Below, in pieces: positions 37,604-47,682 of a DNA stretch of 64,000 bases. The notes under the pieces were generated by a model. It did no database searches. It saw only the letters and a program-made list of their open reading frames with translations, and was not told where the DNA came from. This stretch comes from an uncultured Microthrixaceae bacterium (GTDB lineage Bacteria > Actinomycetota > Acidimicrobiia > Acidimicrobiales > DATDAH01): assembly GCA_963823495.1 (NCBI GenBank), contig CAWGLV010000001.1:1604636-1668635 (forward strand), given 5' to 3'. Numbering within the stretch: the stretch's first letter is position 1; every line of letters starts with the position of its first letter. The position numbers were made by a program, and so were the translations under genes.

Positions 37604-39653
37604 CAGGACGGAGGGGGGCGAGGGCCGGGGTGGGCCCGTCGCCCGCGATCACGTACAGGTCGATCCGGTCGTCCTCGCCGTCGGTGCGCAGGAACTCCGG
37701 CGGGGCGAGGCCCCAGAAGCGCCGCCGGCCGGGATCACCGGTGGTCTGCAGCTCGGCCCAGGCGCCGATGCGGCCGTTGACGACGATGGCCAGGTCGAGG
37801 GGCTCACCGGTCCGGACGGTCCCGGCCACGTAGACGTCCTGCTGGGCCGTGGCCGAGCTGCGGTAGCCCCCGTCGAGGTCCAGCTCGACGTCGAGGGCGC
37901 GGGTCGCCGCGGTGGGGAAGGCGTCGACCCGGCGGCCGACCAGGTCCCCGTGACGGCCCCAGCGGTAGAAGCGCAGGTCGGGGTCGTCGCCCTCACCCGG
38001 CGGGGGCTGGGCCAGGAGGTCGGCGAAGCCGGCGGTCCCGTCGATCAGGCTGTAGCCCGCGGCGTTGGGCTCGAGGCGGTTGAACCCCCAGTCGTAGACC
38101 CGACGCTCGTCGGGTCCCGGTGGGGGCTCGGAGCCGAGCAGGGACACCCCGTCGACGCCCTCGGGGAGCTCGAAGCCGAGGACCTCGGCCACCGTGGGAA
38201 GCACGTCGACGGTCCGGGCGGGCCGGTCGTCGATCCGCCCGTCGTCCTGGCCGGGCGCCTTCACGAGCAGCGGCACCCACAGCACGCTGTCGGCGTTGGC
38301 CGTCGACACCCCCCGAAGCGGCTCGCCGGTCTCGAACGCCGCGCCGTGGTCGGCGGTCACGATGATCAGGGAGTCGTCGTAGGTCCCGAGCTCCCGGAGC
38401 CGGGCCAGCAGCAGCCCGACCATCACGTCCGCGTTGCGGGCCTGGAGCAGGTGCCGTTGGCGGCCGAGGTCGGCGGCGAACCGGGTCGTCCAGGAGTACT
38501 CGGCGTACTGGTCCAGCCCCTCGGCGATGAACCGGGCCTCGTAGGTCAGGCCCGAGGGCAGGTGGTACCAGGGCTGGTGGGGGTAGACGGTGTGGATGAC
38601 GTCCAGGGCGGGGTCCTCGGCCGCGGTCATCCCGGCGGCGAACTCGCTGACGGTGGCGGGAGCGTCGGGGTCGCTCTGGCGGATGGCGAAATCGACCTGT
38701 CGGTCGTCGCCGCCGCCGAAGAGCTGACGCTGCCACAGGTCCAGGGCATCGAGGGTCAGCTCGCGCAGCGGGTTGCCCGGGGCCAGCGCGCCCTGCCCGC
38801 AGAGGCCACCCGGGCAGAGCGCGGTGACCGACTCCTGGACGTGGAGGTCATGGGTGTCCCGCAGCAGCGTGAAGATGTTGTCCGGATGCTCCTCGAGGGT
38901 CGGCAGCAGCCCGACCTCGTCGGGATAGCGACCGGTGAGGATCGGGGGGACGGCCTCCGGCGTCGTGGGGGACACGCCCGTGGTGTTGCGGAACCACGTC
39001 GCGTCCTCGGCCAGGAGGGCGAGGTTCGGGAACTGCTCGGGCTCGATGCGGTTGCCCTCGTCGAGCAGCGATGCCAGCGGGAGCTCGTCGAGGACGACCA
39101 GCAGGACCGGGGCCGGGTTCCCGATCGCGGCCGTGCCCCCCGCGGTGGCGTCGGCATCCAGGACCAGGCCCCGCACGGGATCGGTGGCCAGGAACCAGGT
39201 CCCGAGCAGGAGGGGGAAAAGGCCGAGGTACTGCAGCCACAGCCGAACACCGGTCCAGCGAGTGACGGCGGCCCACAGCGCGGTGCCCCCCGCCAGGGCC
39301 AGGAACACGGTGACCGGCCCGGGCAGGCCGGCCTGGCCCAGCAGGCGGATGACGACCAGGACCCCGAGAGCCCCGAGGACCACGAGGTGGGTGGTGTCCC
39401 GGCGGGCGATCCCGGCCCGGGTGCGGCCGAGCAGGCCCACGGCCTCCTCGATCAGCAGGAGGGTGAGGGGCAGCCCGAAGAGGACGAGCAACGCGACCCC
39501 GACGACATCGGCCGGGCCGGCCCGGCGCGTGACGAAGACGTCGGCCCCGGCGCGCAGGGCGGTCAGCACCGGCTCGGCCAGGATGATCCCGCTGAGCCCC
39601 AGCAGTTCGGCGAACCGGCGCGCCCGACCGGGCGAGGTGGGGGCGTCGGTCAC
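37596..39653 (-). CDS. Membrane-anchored sulfatase-fold (LtaS/phosphoglycerol- or phosphoethanolamine-transferase-like) protein
   Basis: N-terminal ~5 TM segments, then an alkaline-phosphatase-superfamily domain (LLVVLDELP..., [11 protein letters not shown]). Confidence 0.7.
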   Translation of the reverse strand: MTDAPTSPGRARRFAELLGLSGIILAEPVLTALRAGADVFVTRRAGPADVVGVALLVLFGLPLTLLLIEEAVGLLGRTRAGIARRDTTHLVVLGALGVLVVIRLLGQAGLPGPVTVFLALAGGTALWAAVTRWTGVRLWLQYLGLFPLLLGTWFLATDPVRGLVLDADATAGGTAAIGNPAPVLLVVLDELPLASLLDEGNRIEPEQFPNLALLAEDATWFRNTTGVSPTTPEAVPPILTGRYPDEVGLLPTLEEHPDNIFTLLRDTHDLHVQESVTALCPGGLCGQGALAPGNPLRELTLDALDLWQRQLFGGGDDRQVDFAIRQSDPDAPATVSEFAAGMTAAEDPALDVIHTVYPHQPWYHLPSGLTYEARFIAEGLDQYAEYSWTTRFAADLGRQRHLLQARNADVMVGLLLARLRELGTYDDSLIIVTADHGAAFETGEPLRGVSTANADSVLWVPLLVKAPGQDDGRIDDRPARTVDVLPTVAEVLGFELPEGVDGVSLLGSEPPPGPDERRVYDWGFNRLEPNAAGYSLIDGTAGFADLLAQPPPGEGDDPDLRFYRWGRHGDLVGRRVDAFPTAATRALDVELDLDGGYRSSATAQQDVYVAGTVRTGEPLDLAIVVNGRIGAWAELQTTGDPGRRRFWGLAPPEFLRTDGEDDRIDLYVIAGDGPTPALAPLRPGG

Positions 39654-39736
39654 GGCGGGATGCTACGCAGCCCGGAACCAGGGTGGACCTCGGCCGTCGG
39701 GAGCGACACCCCGGGCCAGGTGGTCACGGACAGACG

Positions 39737-39768
39737 ACGAGGGGGCCCCGATCAGCGGGCCCCCTCGT
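39737..39768. other. Perfect 12-bp GC-rich hairpin in a divergent promoter region
   Basis: ACGAGGGGGCCC-CGATCAGC-GGGCCCCCTCGT. No adjacent gene end that it could terminate. Confidence 0.6.
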
Positions 39769-39888
39769 GTCGCCGTGTCGGGTGACGGCCAGGCCACGAT
39801 GCAGTAGACGCGGGCGCGGAGGCCTGCGCGGGCGGTCTCCTTCGGCCCCGGACGGCCGAACACCGATCGGTGGCGACACGAGCTTGGT

Positions 39889-39894
39889 TACCCT
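39889..39894 (+). promoter_or_regulatory. -10-like hexamer TACCCT, leaderless geometry
   Basis: 7 nt upstream of GTG 39902. Confidence 0.45.
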
Positions 39895-39901
39895 CGGGAA
39901 C

Positions 39902-41596
39902 GTGAGCGACGAGAGCGTTGTCGGGGGCCTGAAGCCCCGTTCCCGAGAGGTCACCGACGGCTACGAGCGGGCCCCGGCCCGGGCCATGCTGCGGGCGGTC
40001 GGCATGACCGACGACGACTGGGAGAAGCCCCAGGTGGCGGTGGCGTCGTCCTGGAACGAGGTGACGCCGTGCAACCTGCCCCTCGACCGGCTGGCCAAGC
40101 GGTCCAAGATCGGCGTGCGCGACGCCGGGGGCTTCCCCATCGAGTTCACGACCATCGCGGTGAGCGACGGCATCTCCATGGGCCACGAGGGCATGCGGGC
40201 GTCGCTGGTGAGCCGGGAGATCATCGCCGACTCCGTCGAAGCGATGATGCACGCCGAGCGCCTGGACGCCTTGGTCACCTTCGCCGGCTGCGACAAGTCC
40301 TTGCCGGGGATGCTGATGGCGGCGGCCCGGGTCAACCTGCCGTCGGTCTTCCTCTATGGCGGGTCGATCCTGCCCGGTCAACACAACGGTCGGGCCCTCG
40401 ACATCGTCAGCGTGTTCGAGGCCGTCGGGTCCTTCGCGGCCGGCGACATGGCCGAGGCCGAGTTGGACCAGATCGAGCGCAAGGCGTGCCCGACCGAGGG
40501 CTCCTGTGCCGGGATGTTCACCGCCAACACGATGGCGTCGGTGGCCGAGGCCATCGGCATGTCGCTGCCCGGATCCGCCTCGGCTCCGGCTCCCGACCGC
40601 CGCCGGGACGACTTCGCCTACGAGTCGGGCCAGGCGGTCGTCGAGCTGTTGCGCCAGAACATCCGCCCGCGCCAGATCATGACCAAGGAGGCGCTGGAGA
40701 ACGGCATCGCCGTGGTGATGGCCCTCGGTGGCTCGACCAATGCCGTGCTGCACCTGCTGGCCATCGCCCACGAGGCCGAGGTCGAGTTGGAGCTGGAGGA
40801 CTTCAACCGGGTGGCGGCCAAGGTCCCCCACATCGCCGACACCAAGCCCCACGGCAACTACCACATGACCGACATCGACCACATCGGCGGCGTGCCGGTG
40901 GTCCTGGCCCACCTGCTCGAGGCGGGAGTCCTGCACGGCGACTGCATGACGGTGACCGGCAGGACGATGGCCGAGAACCTGGCCGACATCGCCCCGCCGC
41001 CGCCGGACGGCACGGTCGTCCACCCGCTGAGCGATCCACTGCACGACCGGGGTGGCATCGCCGTCCTGCGGGGTTCGATGGCCCCCCAGGGCGCGGTGGT
41101 CAAGGTGGCGGGCATCGACGTCGACCGCTTCGACGGCACGGCCCGGGTCTTCGACGGCGAGGCGGCGGCGATGGAGGAGATCCTGCGCGGCGGCATCAAC
41201 CCGGGCGACATCGTGGTCATCCGCTACGAGGGCCCCAAGGGCGGTCCCGGGATGCGGGAGATGCTCGCCGTCACCGGTGCGCTCAAGGGCGTCGGCCGGG
41301 GGGCGGACACCGCCCTGATCACCGACGGCCGCTTCTCGGGCGGGACCCACGGCTTCTGTGTGGGCCACGTCGCCCCCGAGGCCGTCGACGGTGGTCCCAT
41401 CGCCTTCGTGGCCGACGGGGACCGCATCACCATCGACACGGTCAGCCACGTCATGGACCTGCACGTCGACGACGCCACCCTCGAGGCCCGCAGGACCGAC
41501 TGGAAGATCCCCGAGCCCCGCTACACCCGCGGCATCCTGGCCAAGTACGCCGCGCTGGCCCAAGGCGCCGAGAAGGGCGCCATCACGATGCCCTGA
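39902..41596 (+). CDS. ilvD: Dihydroxy-acid dehydratase
   Basis: [24 protein letters not shown]..., [46 protein letters not shown]. Start moved to GTG 39902. Confidence 0.9.
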   Translation: MSDESVVGGLKPRSREVTDGYERAPARAMLRAVGMTDDDWEKPQVAVASSWNEVTPCNLPLDRLAKRSKIGVRDAGGFPIEFTTIAVSDGISMGHEGMRASLVSREIIADSVEAMMHAERLDALVTFAGCDKSLPGMLMAAARVNLPSVFLYGGSILPGQHNGRALDIVSVFEAVGSFAAGDMAEAELDQIERKACPTEGSCAGMFTANTMASVAEAIGMSLPGSASAPAPDRRRDDFAYESGQAVVELLRQNIRPRQIMTKEALENGIAVVMALGGSTNAVLHLLAIAHEAEVELELEDFNRVAAKVPHIADTKPHGNYHMTDIDHIGGVPVVLAHLLEAGVLHGDCMTVTGRTMAENLADIAPPPPDGTVVHPLSDPLHDRGGIAVLRGSMAPQGAVVKVAGIDVDRFDGTARVFDGEAAAMEEILRGGINPGDIVVIRYEGPKGGPGMREMLAVTGALKGVGRGADTALITDGRFSGGTHGFCVGHVAPEAVDGGPIAFVADGDRITIDTVSHVMDLHVDDATLEARRTDWKIPEPRYTRGILAKYAALAQGAEKGAITMP

Positions 41597-41656
41597 GCGC
41601 CGGTGGGGCGACGACAACGAGGCGTACTCACTCCCACGGGTCGCCCATCGTTCATC

Positions 41657-41695
41657 GGAGGCAATAAGGGGCGGAAGCCGCCCCTCATTGCCTCC
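41657..41695. terminator. Long hairpin between convergent ilvD and nucleotidyltransferase genes (bidirectional terminator candidate)
   Basis: GGAGGCAATAAGGGGCGG-AAG-CCGCCCCTCATTGCCTCC: 18-nt arms with one mismatch. No U-tract. Confidence 0.6.
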
Positions 41696-41745
41696 AACGA
41701 GGGGGATTGCCGCAGGAGGATGACGGGCCGACCGCCGGGGGGCCC

Positions 41746-42261
41746 CTAGCCCCAGGCGCCCGTCTCCCGGGCCTCGGGGGCCATCCAGTCGTGCCGGCCG
41801 TCCCGAGCGGCGGTGGCCGAGACCTCGGTCAGGTGCTCGGGCACCGCCAGGCGGTGCTCGTCCGGGACGGGCCACGGCGGCCGGGGCACGATCAGCGGGG
41901 TGGGCAGCCGGGCCAGGGCCGCAACGTGGTCCTCGACCGAGGCGTGGTAGCCGGGGTCATGGAGCTGGGCCCACTTGTCGGCGCCGACGATGACCACGTC
42001 GTAGGGCTCGGCGATGTCGGCCACGAGTTGGAGGTCGGTCACGACCACCTCCAGCCACGGGCGGGTCCGGCCGGCCAGCTCGATGGCCCGCACCCGCTCG
42101 CGGAGGCGCAGGGAGCCCTGGTCCTCCTTGCCGATGGCGACCTCGGAGATGACCAGGTCGACCCGGTCCAGGCCATGGGCCGACCAGGCGGCCTCGGCGA
42201 TGCCGAGGTGGGCGATGGTCAGCGGATCGAAGGATCCGGGGTATGCGGCTCGTCCTCCCAC
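41746..42261 (-). CDS. Cytidylyltransferase-like nucleotidyltransferase (PPAT/NadD superfamily, divergent HxGH motif)
   Basis: VGGRAAYPGSFDPLTIAHL parallels the PPAT N-terminus (RAVYPGTFDPITNGH). C-terminal EVSATAARDG parallels the ISST motif. Start set to GTG 42261 because the longer ORF (to 42378) would overlap the ilvB leader. Confidence 0.6.
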   Translation of the reverse strand: MGGRAAYPGSFDPLTIAHLGIAEAAWSAHGLDRVDLVISEVAIGKEDQGSLRLRERVRAIELAGRTRPWLEVVVTDLQLVADIAEPYDVVIVGADKWAQLHDPGYHASVEDHVAALARLPTPLIVPRPPWPVPDEHRLAVPEHLTEVSATAARDGRHDWMAPEARETGAWG

Positions 42262-42300
42262 TCCTAAGAGCTTGCCCCGGTCGAGCCGACGGGAGCTACG

Positions 42301-42348
42301 ATGCCATCGATGTCCCGCCGTCCCCGTCTCATCGTCGTAATCACCTAG
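42301..42348 (+). CDS. ilvB leader peptide [15 protein letters not shown] (15 aa)
   Basis: GGGAG lies 5 nt before the ATG. Five consecutive branched-chain codons CTC ATC GTC GTA ATC come just before the stop. The stop overlaps the first hairpin arm. Confidence 0.55.
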   Translation: MPSMSRRPRLIVVIT

Positions 42349-42410
42349 CGCACGCCTTCCCCCCTCGCGTGCGCTCACGACCTCCCCACGGGGAGGTCGT
42401 TGCAGTTTTC
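42347..42410 (+). promoter_or_regulatory. ilvBNC transcription attenuator (two hairpins + T-rich tract)
   Basis: Hairpin 1 AGCGCACGC/GCGTGCGCT (42347-42375). Hairpin 2 CGACCTCCC-CACG-GGGAGGTCG (42378-42399), then TTGCAGTTTTC. It sits 27 nt before the ilvB ATG. Confidence 0.55.
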
Positions 42411-42436
42411 GGCCCCACTACCCTTCGGAAGCGCTC

Positions 42437-44209
42437 ATGACCAGCAACGGCAGCAACAACGGAAGCAACGAGACCCTCAACGGTGGGCAGGCCCTCATCC
42501 GCGCGCTCGAACTGGAGGGCGTCGAGGTGATCTTCGGGCTCCCCGGTGGGGCGATCCTGCCGGTCTACGACCCGATCATCGACTCGCCGATCCGTCACGT
42601 CCTCGTGCGCCACGAGCAGGGCGCCGGGCACATGGCCCAGGGGTACGCCCATGTCACGGGCCGACCCGGGGTGGCCATGGTCACCAGCGGCCCGGGGGCC
42701 ACCAACATCGTCACGCCGCTGTGCGACGCCTTCATGGACTCGATCCCGATGGTGGTGATCAGCGGCCAGGTGGCCTCGGCGGCCATCGGCAGTGACGCCT
42801 TCCAGGAGTGCGACACCACCGGGATCACCCAGTCGGTGACCAAGCACAACTTCCTGGTGACCTCGGCGGCCGACATCCCGCGGACCATCCGCGAGGCGTT
42901 CCACATCGCCACGACGGGACGACCGGGCCCGGTCCTGGTCGACATCCCCAAGGACATCGTCGACCCCCAGCACCCGAACTCCGCCCTGGAGTGGTACTGG
43001 CCCGAGGAGCTGGACCTGCCGGGCTACAACCCGACCACCAAGGGTCATCCGAAGATGATCCGCCAGGCGGCGGAGCTGATCAGCCAGAGCCGGCGCCCGG
43101 TCATCTATGCCGGCGGCGGCATCCTCAAGGCGAGGGCCGCCGAGGCCCTGCGGGAGTTGGCCGAGCTGTGCGACCTGCCGGTCGTCACCACCCTGATGGC
43201 CCGGGGCGCCTTCCCCGACAGCCACCCGCTGTGCCTCGGCATGCCCGGCATGCACGGCAACTACACCGCGGTCACCGCCATGCAGCGGTCGGACCTGTTG
43301 ATCGCCCTGGGCAGTCGCTTCGACGACCGGGTCACGGGGAAGCTGGACGGCTTCGCCCCCGACGCGAAGATCATCCACGTCGACATCGACCCCGCCGAGC
43401 TGGGCAAGGTCCGGCGGCCCGACGTCCCGATCGTGGGGGACTGCCGCCTGGTGATCGAGGCGCTGGTCGAGGTCCTCGAGGCCAAAGGTGGTCTCGAGTC
43501 CCAGCCCGATCGCAGCGAGTGGCGGTCGACCCTCAGCGGGTGGCAGGAGACCTACCCCTTGACCTACCAGCCCTCCGAGCCCGGCGAGGGGCTCAAGCCC
43601 CAGTACGTGCTCGAGCAACTGCGGGACCTGAACCCCGAGGACACCATCGTGGTGTCCGGGGTCGGCCAGCACCAGATGTGGACCAGCCAGTACTGGCGGT
43701 TCGAGGAGCCCTACACCTGGGTCAACTCCGGTGGCCTCGGCACCATGGGCTTCTCGGTGCCCGCCGCCATCGGGGCCAAGGTCGGGCGGCCGGACAAGAC
43801 GGTGTGGGCCGTCGATGGTGACGGGTGCTTCCAGATGACGGCCCAGGAGCTGGTGACCGCCGCCGCCGAGCGGATCCCGGTCAAGGTGGCGATCCTGAAC
43901 AACGCCTATCTCGGCATGGTCCGCCAGTGGCAGGAGATGTTCTACGACGAGCGCTACAGCGAGGTGTACCTGTCACCGGACCTGCCCGACTACGTCAAGT
44001 GGGCCGAGGCCATGGGCTGTGTCGGTCTCCGGGCGGAGTCCCCCGAGGAGGTCGTCCCGATCATCGAGAAGGCCAACGCCATCAACGACCGGCCGGTCGT
44101 CATCGACTTCCGGACCGACGCCCGGGAGAAGGTGTACCCGATGGTCGCCTCGGGGACGACGAATGACACGATCATCGTCGACCCGACCCAGGGCGAGGGT
44201 GGCCACTGA
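42437..44209 (+). CDS. ilvB: Acetolactate synthase large (catalytic) subunit
   Basis: 590 aa. TPP enzyme blocks [45 protein letters not shown]. Confidence 0.95.
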   Translation: MTSNGSNNGSNETLNGGQALIRALELEGVEVIFGLPGGAILPVYDPIIDSPIRHVLVRHEQGAGHMAQGYAHVTGRPGVAMVTSGPGATNIVTPLCDAFMDSIPMVVISGQVASAAIGSDAFQECDTTGITQSVTKHNFLVTSAADIPRTIREAFHIATTGRPGPVLVDIPKDIVDPQHPNSALEWYWPEELDLPGYNPTTKGHPKMIRQAAELISQSRRPVIYAGGGILKARAAEALRELAELCDLPVVTTLMARGAFPDSHPLCLGMPGMHGNYTAVTAMQRSDLLIALGSRFDDRVTGKLDGFAPDAKIIHVDIDPAELGKVRRPDVPIVGDCRLVIEALVEVLEAKGGLESQPDRSEWRSTLSGWQETYPLTYQPSEPGEGLKPQYVLEQLRDLNPEDTIVVSGVGQHQMWTSQYWRFEEPYTWVNSGGLGTMGFSVPAAIGAKVGRPDKTVWAVDGDGCFQMTAQELVTAAAERIPVKVAILNNAYLGMVRQWQEMFYDERYSEVYLSPDLPDYVKWAEAMGCVGLRAESPEEVVPIIEKANAINDRPVVIDFRTDAREKVYPMVASGTTNDTIIVDPTQGEGGH

Positions 44210-44727
44210 TGCCCGCGCTCACCCACACCGGTGGCGCTCGTACCCACACGCTCTCGGTCCTGGTCGAGAACCGGGCGGGTGTCCTCACCCGCATCGCCGG
44301 CATGTTCGCCCGGCGGGGGTTCAACATCTACTCCCTCGCCGTCGCCCCCACCGACGACGAGCGCTTCAGCCGGATCACGATCGTGGTCGACGTGGAGTCC
44401 AAGCCCCTCGAGCAGATCACCAAGCAGCTGCACAAGCTGATCAACGTCATCAAGATCAGCGAGCTGGGCCCGGGCGAGGCCGTCGAGCGGGAGCTCATGT
44501 TGGTCACCCTGAAGGCCCCGCCCGAGACCCGGGGGCAGGTCATGGAGCTGGCTCAGCTCTACGACGCCGAGGTCCTCGACGTCGGGGTCGATTCGATGAC
44601 CGTCAGCCTGGACGACGAACCGGGGCGCATCGACGACTTCGAGGAGCTGTGCCGGCCCTACGGCATCGTCACCGTCCAGCGCACCGGCCGGGTCGCCCTG
44701 CCGGTGCTCACCAAGGCCCCCCGCTAG
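44209..44727 (+). CDS. ilvN: Acetolactate synthase small (regulatory) subunit
   Basis: [36 protein letters not shown] domain. ATG overlaps the ilvB TGA. Confidence 0.9.
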   Translation: MPALTHTGGARTHTLSVLVENRAGVLTRIAGMFARRGFNIYSLAVAPTDDERFSRITIVVDVESKPLEQITKQLHKLINVIKISELGPGEAVERELMLVTLKAPPETRGQVMELAQLYDAEVLDVGVDSMTVSLDDEPGRIDDFEELCRPYGIVTVQRTGRVALPVLTKAPR

Positions 44728-44744
44728 ATCGTCAACCCACCCCG

Positions 44745-44771
44745 TTCTGGCGCCCGACAACGGCGCCAGGA
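44745..44771. repeat. TTCTGGCG-type palindromic repeat (hairpin) in the ilvN-ilvC spacer
   Basis: TTCTGGCGCC-CGACAAC-GGCGCCAGGA: 10 bp including one G-U. Followed by GACGCCTCAATCAGGCGCC, which is related to the repeats at 53708 and 53778. Confidence 0.7.
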
Positions 44772-44813
44772 CGCCTCAATCAGGCGCCGGTACGGCGTGG
44801 CAAGGAGAACAAC

Positions 44814-45839
<1,026 letters not shown>

Positions 45840-45852
45840 TCGCCCGCTTCTG

Positions 45853-45889
45853 GCGTCGGTTGGTCATGCCTGGCGTGACCAACCGACGC
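45853..45889. terminator. Perfect 14-bp hairpin after ilvC (bidirectional terminator candidate; member of the TCTGGCGT repeat family)
   Basis: GCGTCGGTTGGTCA-TGCCTGGCG-TGACCAACCGACGC followed by AATTTC. Confidence 0.65.
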
Positions 45890-45912
45890 AATTTCGGGAT
45901 CGGTGGTGGTGG

Positions 45913-47475
45913 TCAGCCCGCGGGGCGGTCCGCGGGCAGCTCGTAGACGAACAGGGCCATGGCGCCGCTCGTCGCCCGGGTGGTGGAGCCGGCGTAGGCG
46001 AACTCGTCGCGATGGACCAGTTCCATCTCGGCGCCCGTCGGGGCGCCGAAGATGTCGTCGACCAGGGCCCGGGCCGTCGGGTCGTCGCCGTCGACCAGCG
46101 TCCCGTGGTTGGCGATGTGGGTCACGCCTTCGGCCCTGAGGAACCGGCCCTCGGTGCCGGAGGCCACGGCGGCCGCGAACTGGCCGCTGTTGACCACGCC
46201 GTCGAGGTTCACGACGGGCTGGTCGGTGAAGCTGCCGAGCACCCCGGCATCCCAGGAGGCGATGACGGCGTCGTCGGGCACGTTGGCGGAGATCCAGCGT
46301 CCGGCGTCGCGGTTGGCCTCCTGGATCGAGCGGAGGTCGGGGTCGGTGAACTGGCGTCCCAGGAACAGAAGGCCACCCAGGAGGGGAAGGAGCAGGATGG
46401 CCTGCACGGCTCGCAACGAGCTCGGTCCCTCGTCGGCCGCACCGTCGAGCAGGTCGGCGGCGCCGTGTAGGAGGAGGGCGAGTCCGTAGAGGACGAGGGG
46501 AGCGAAGTACCAGAGCCACTGCTGCTGGGAGAGCAGGGTGTAGTACCCGACGAGGCCGATGCAGAAGGGGACGTACCAGCCCGTGGCGGCCAGCAGGGCG
46601 GTCAGCCGGTCGAACCGCTCGCTGGGGGACAGGTGCCGAAGCGACCGCCCGGCGAGGAACGACACCGCGACCACAGCCAGGACCGCAAGGGCGATGCCGG
46701 GGGTGAGGTCGACTCGCTTCACGTCACCGCTGATCTGCATCGGGCGACCGAAGGCCAGCTGGTTGGCGATCACGTAGACCACAGCCGTGATGGCGGGGGC
46801 GGCCACCAGTTGGGTCAGCCGGTGGACCCCCTCGACGCCCAGGCGTCGGACGTCGGGCAGGACCCAGAGGGCGCAGATCATCGTGAGCAGGGCGGCGTCG
46901 GTGCGCGCCAGGAAGGCCAGCGCCAGGAGGGCGCCGAACCGGCGGCGCCCCGTGGGGTCGGCGTCGGTGACATCGAGGTCGGGCGCCCGGGTCAGCAGCA
47001 GGGCTCCGACGAGGACGACCAGTCCGGACTCGAGGCCGGAGGCGACGGTGCGGAGCACGAAGGGGTTCCCGGCGACGAGCACGACGACCACGGCGAGGAA
47101 CGGTGACGGCCGACGGACCTGGCGCACGATCAGCACGACGGCACCGATCCAGCACCCGAGTTGGATGGCGAGCTGGACCCGCATGGCGGCCATGACCTCG
47201 AGGCCGACCAGCCGGGGGAGTACGCACACGGCCTGCCAGAGCGGGTGGTAGCCGTTGGTGGCGTTGATCGTGTCGAAGGTCGACCCGTGGCCCGCGGCCA
47301 GGTTCCGCCCGATCTCGGCGTAGTACCAGGCGTCGTCGAAGGTCAGGGCGAAGGGGGCGTCGGACCAGACCAGGATCACCGTCAGCCAGGCCAGCCCGGT
47401 GGCGACCGCGGCCGATACGAGCGGCCTGGTGTCGGTGTCCGCCCGCGTCGGGGCCACGGTGATCGCCACGGTCAC
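45913..47475 (-). CDS. Polytopic membrane protein, GT-C-fold glycosyltransferase-like
   Basis: 520 aa, more than 10 TM. The first-loop motif FDDAWYYAEIGRNLAAGHG...TNGYHPLW resembles ArnT/PMT-like GT-C enzymes. C-terminal soluble domain. Confidence 0.55.
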   Translation of the reverse strand: MTVAITVAPTRADTDTRPLVSAAVATGLAWLTVILVWSDAPFALTFDDAWYYAEIGRNLAAGHGSTFDTINATNGYHPLWQAVCVLPRLVGLEVMAAMRVQLAIQLGCWIGAVVLIVRQVRRPSPFLAVVVVLVAGNPFVLRTVASGLESGLVVLVGALLLTRAPDLDVTDADPTGRRRFGALLALAFLARTDAALLTMICALWVLPDVRRLGVEGVHRLTQLVAAPAITAVVYVIANQLAFGRPMQISGDVKRVDLTPGIALAVLAVVAVSFLAGRSLRHLSPSERFDRLTALLAATGWYVPFCIGLVGYYTLLSQQQWLWYFAPLVLYGLALLLHGAADLLDGAADEGPSSLRAVQAILLLPLLGGLLFLGRQFTDPDLRSIQEANRDAGRWISANVPDDAVIASWDAGVLGSFTDQPVVNLDGVVNSGQFAAAVASGTEGRFLRAEGVTHIANHGTLVDGDDPTARALVDDIFGAPTGAEMELVHRDEFAYAGSTTRATSGAMALFVYELPADRPAG

Positions 47476-47497
47476 CCATCGGCACGTCGGCCCCCGG

Positions 47498-47511
47498 CGT
47501 TACGCGTAACG
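47498..47511. promoter_or_regulatory. Perfect 14-bp palindrome CGTTACGCGTAACG (operator candidate)
   Basis: 23 nt upstream of the GT-C gene start. Extends to CCGgCGTTACGCGTAACGtCGG. AT-rich relative to its context. Confidence 0.35.
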
Positions 47512-47628
47512 TCGGATCGTGGCGGGGGTGGAGGGCGTCACGGTCGATCCGGGCGACGCAGGGATCTGATCCTCCGCCACTTCCTCGAGATCGACCCCTG
47601 GCCGTTCGGGGCGATCACGCGGGACTGA

Positions 47629-47665
47629 CGGCGGTGGCCCTCCCCCGGAAGGAGACCCACCGCCG
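47629..47665 (-). terminator. Hairpin 18 nt downstream of the 47683..48318 gene
   Basis: CGGCGGTGG ... CCACCGCCG, a 9-bp outer stem plus a 4-bp inner stem. No U-tract. Confidence 0.45.
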
Positions 47666-47682
47666 CCGCGCCCGGCCCACGC

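Noticed and set aside
39667-39800. 44-codon ORF upstream of ilvD as a possible BCAA leader peptide
   Set aside because: It contains no run of Ile/Val/Leu codons and no terminator follows. ilvD has a -10 box at leaderless distance instead.
42262-42440. Long N-terminal extension of the nucleotidyltransferase ORF (to 42378) and the + strand 65-aa ORF 42243..42440
   Set aside because: Both cover the ilvB leader/attenuator. The PPAT-like N-terminus aligns from GTG 42261. The 65-aa ORF has no coding signature.
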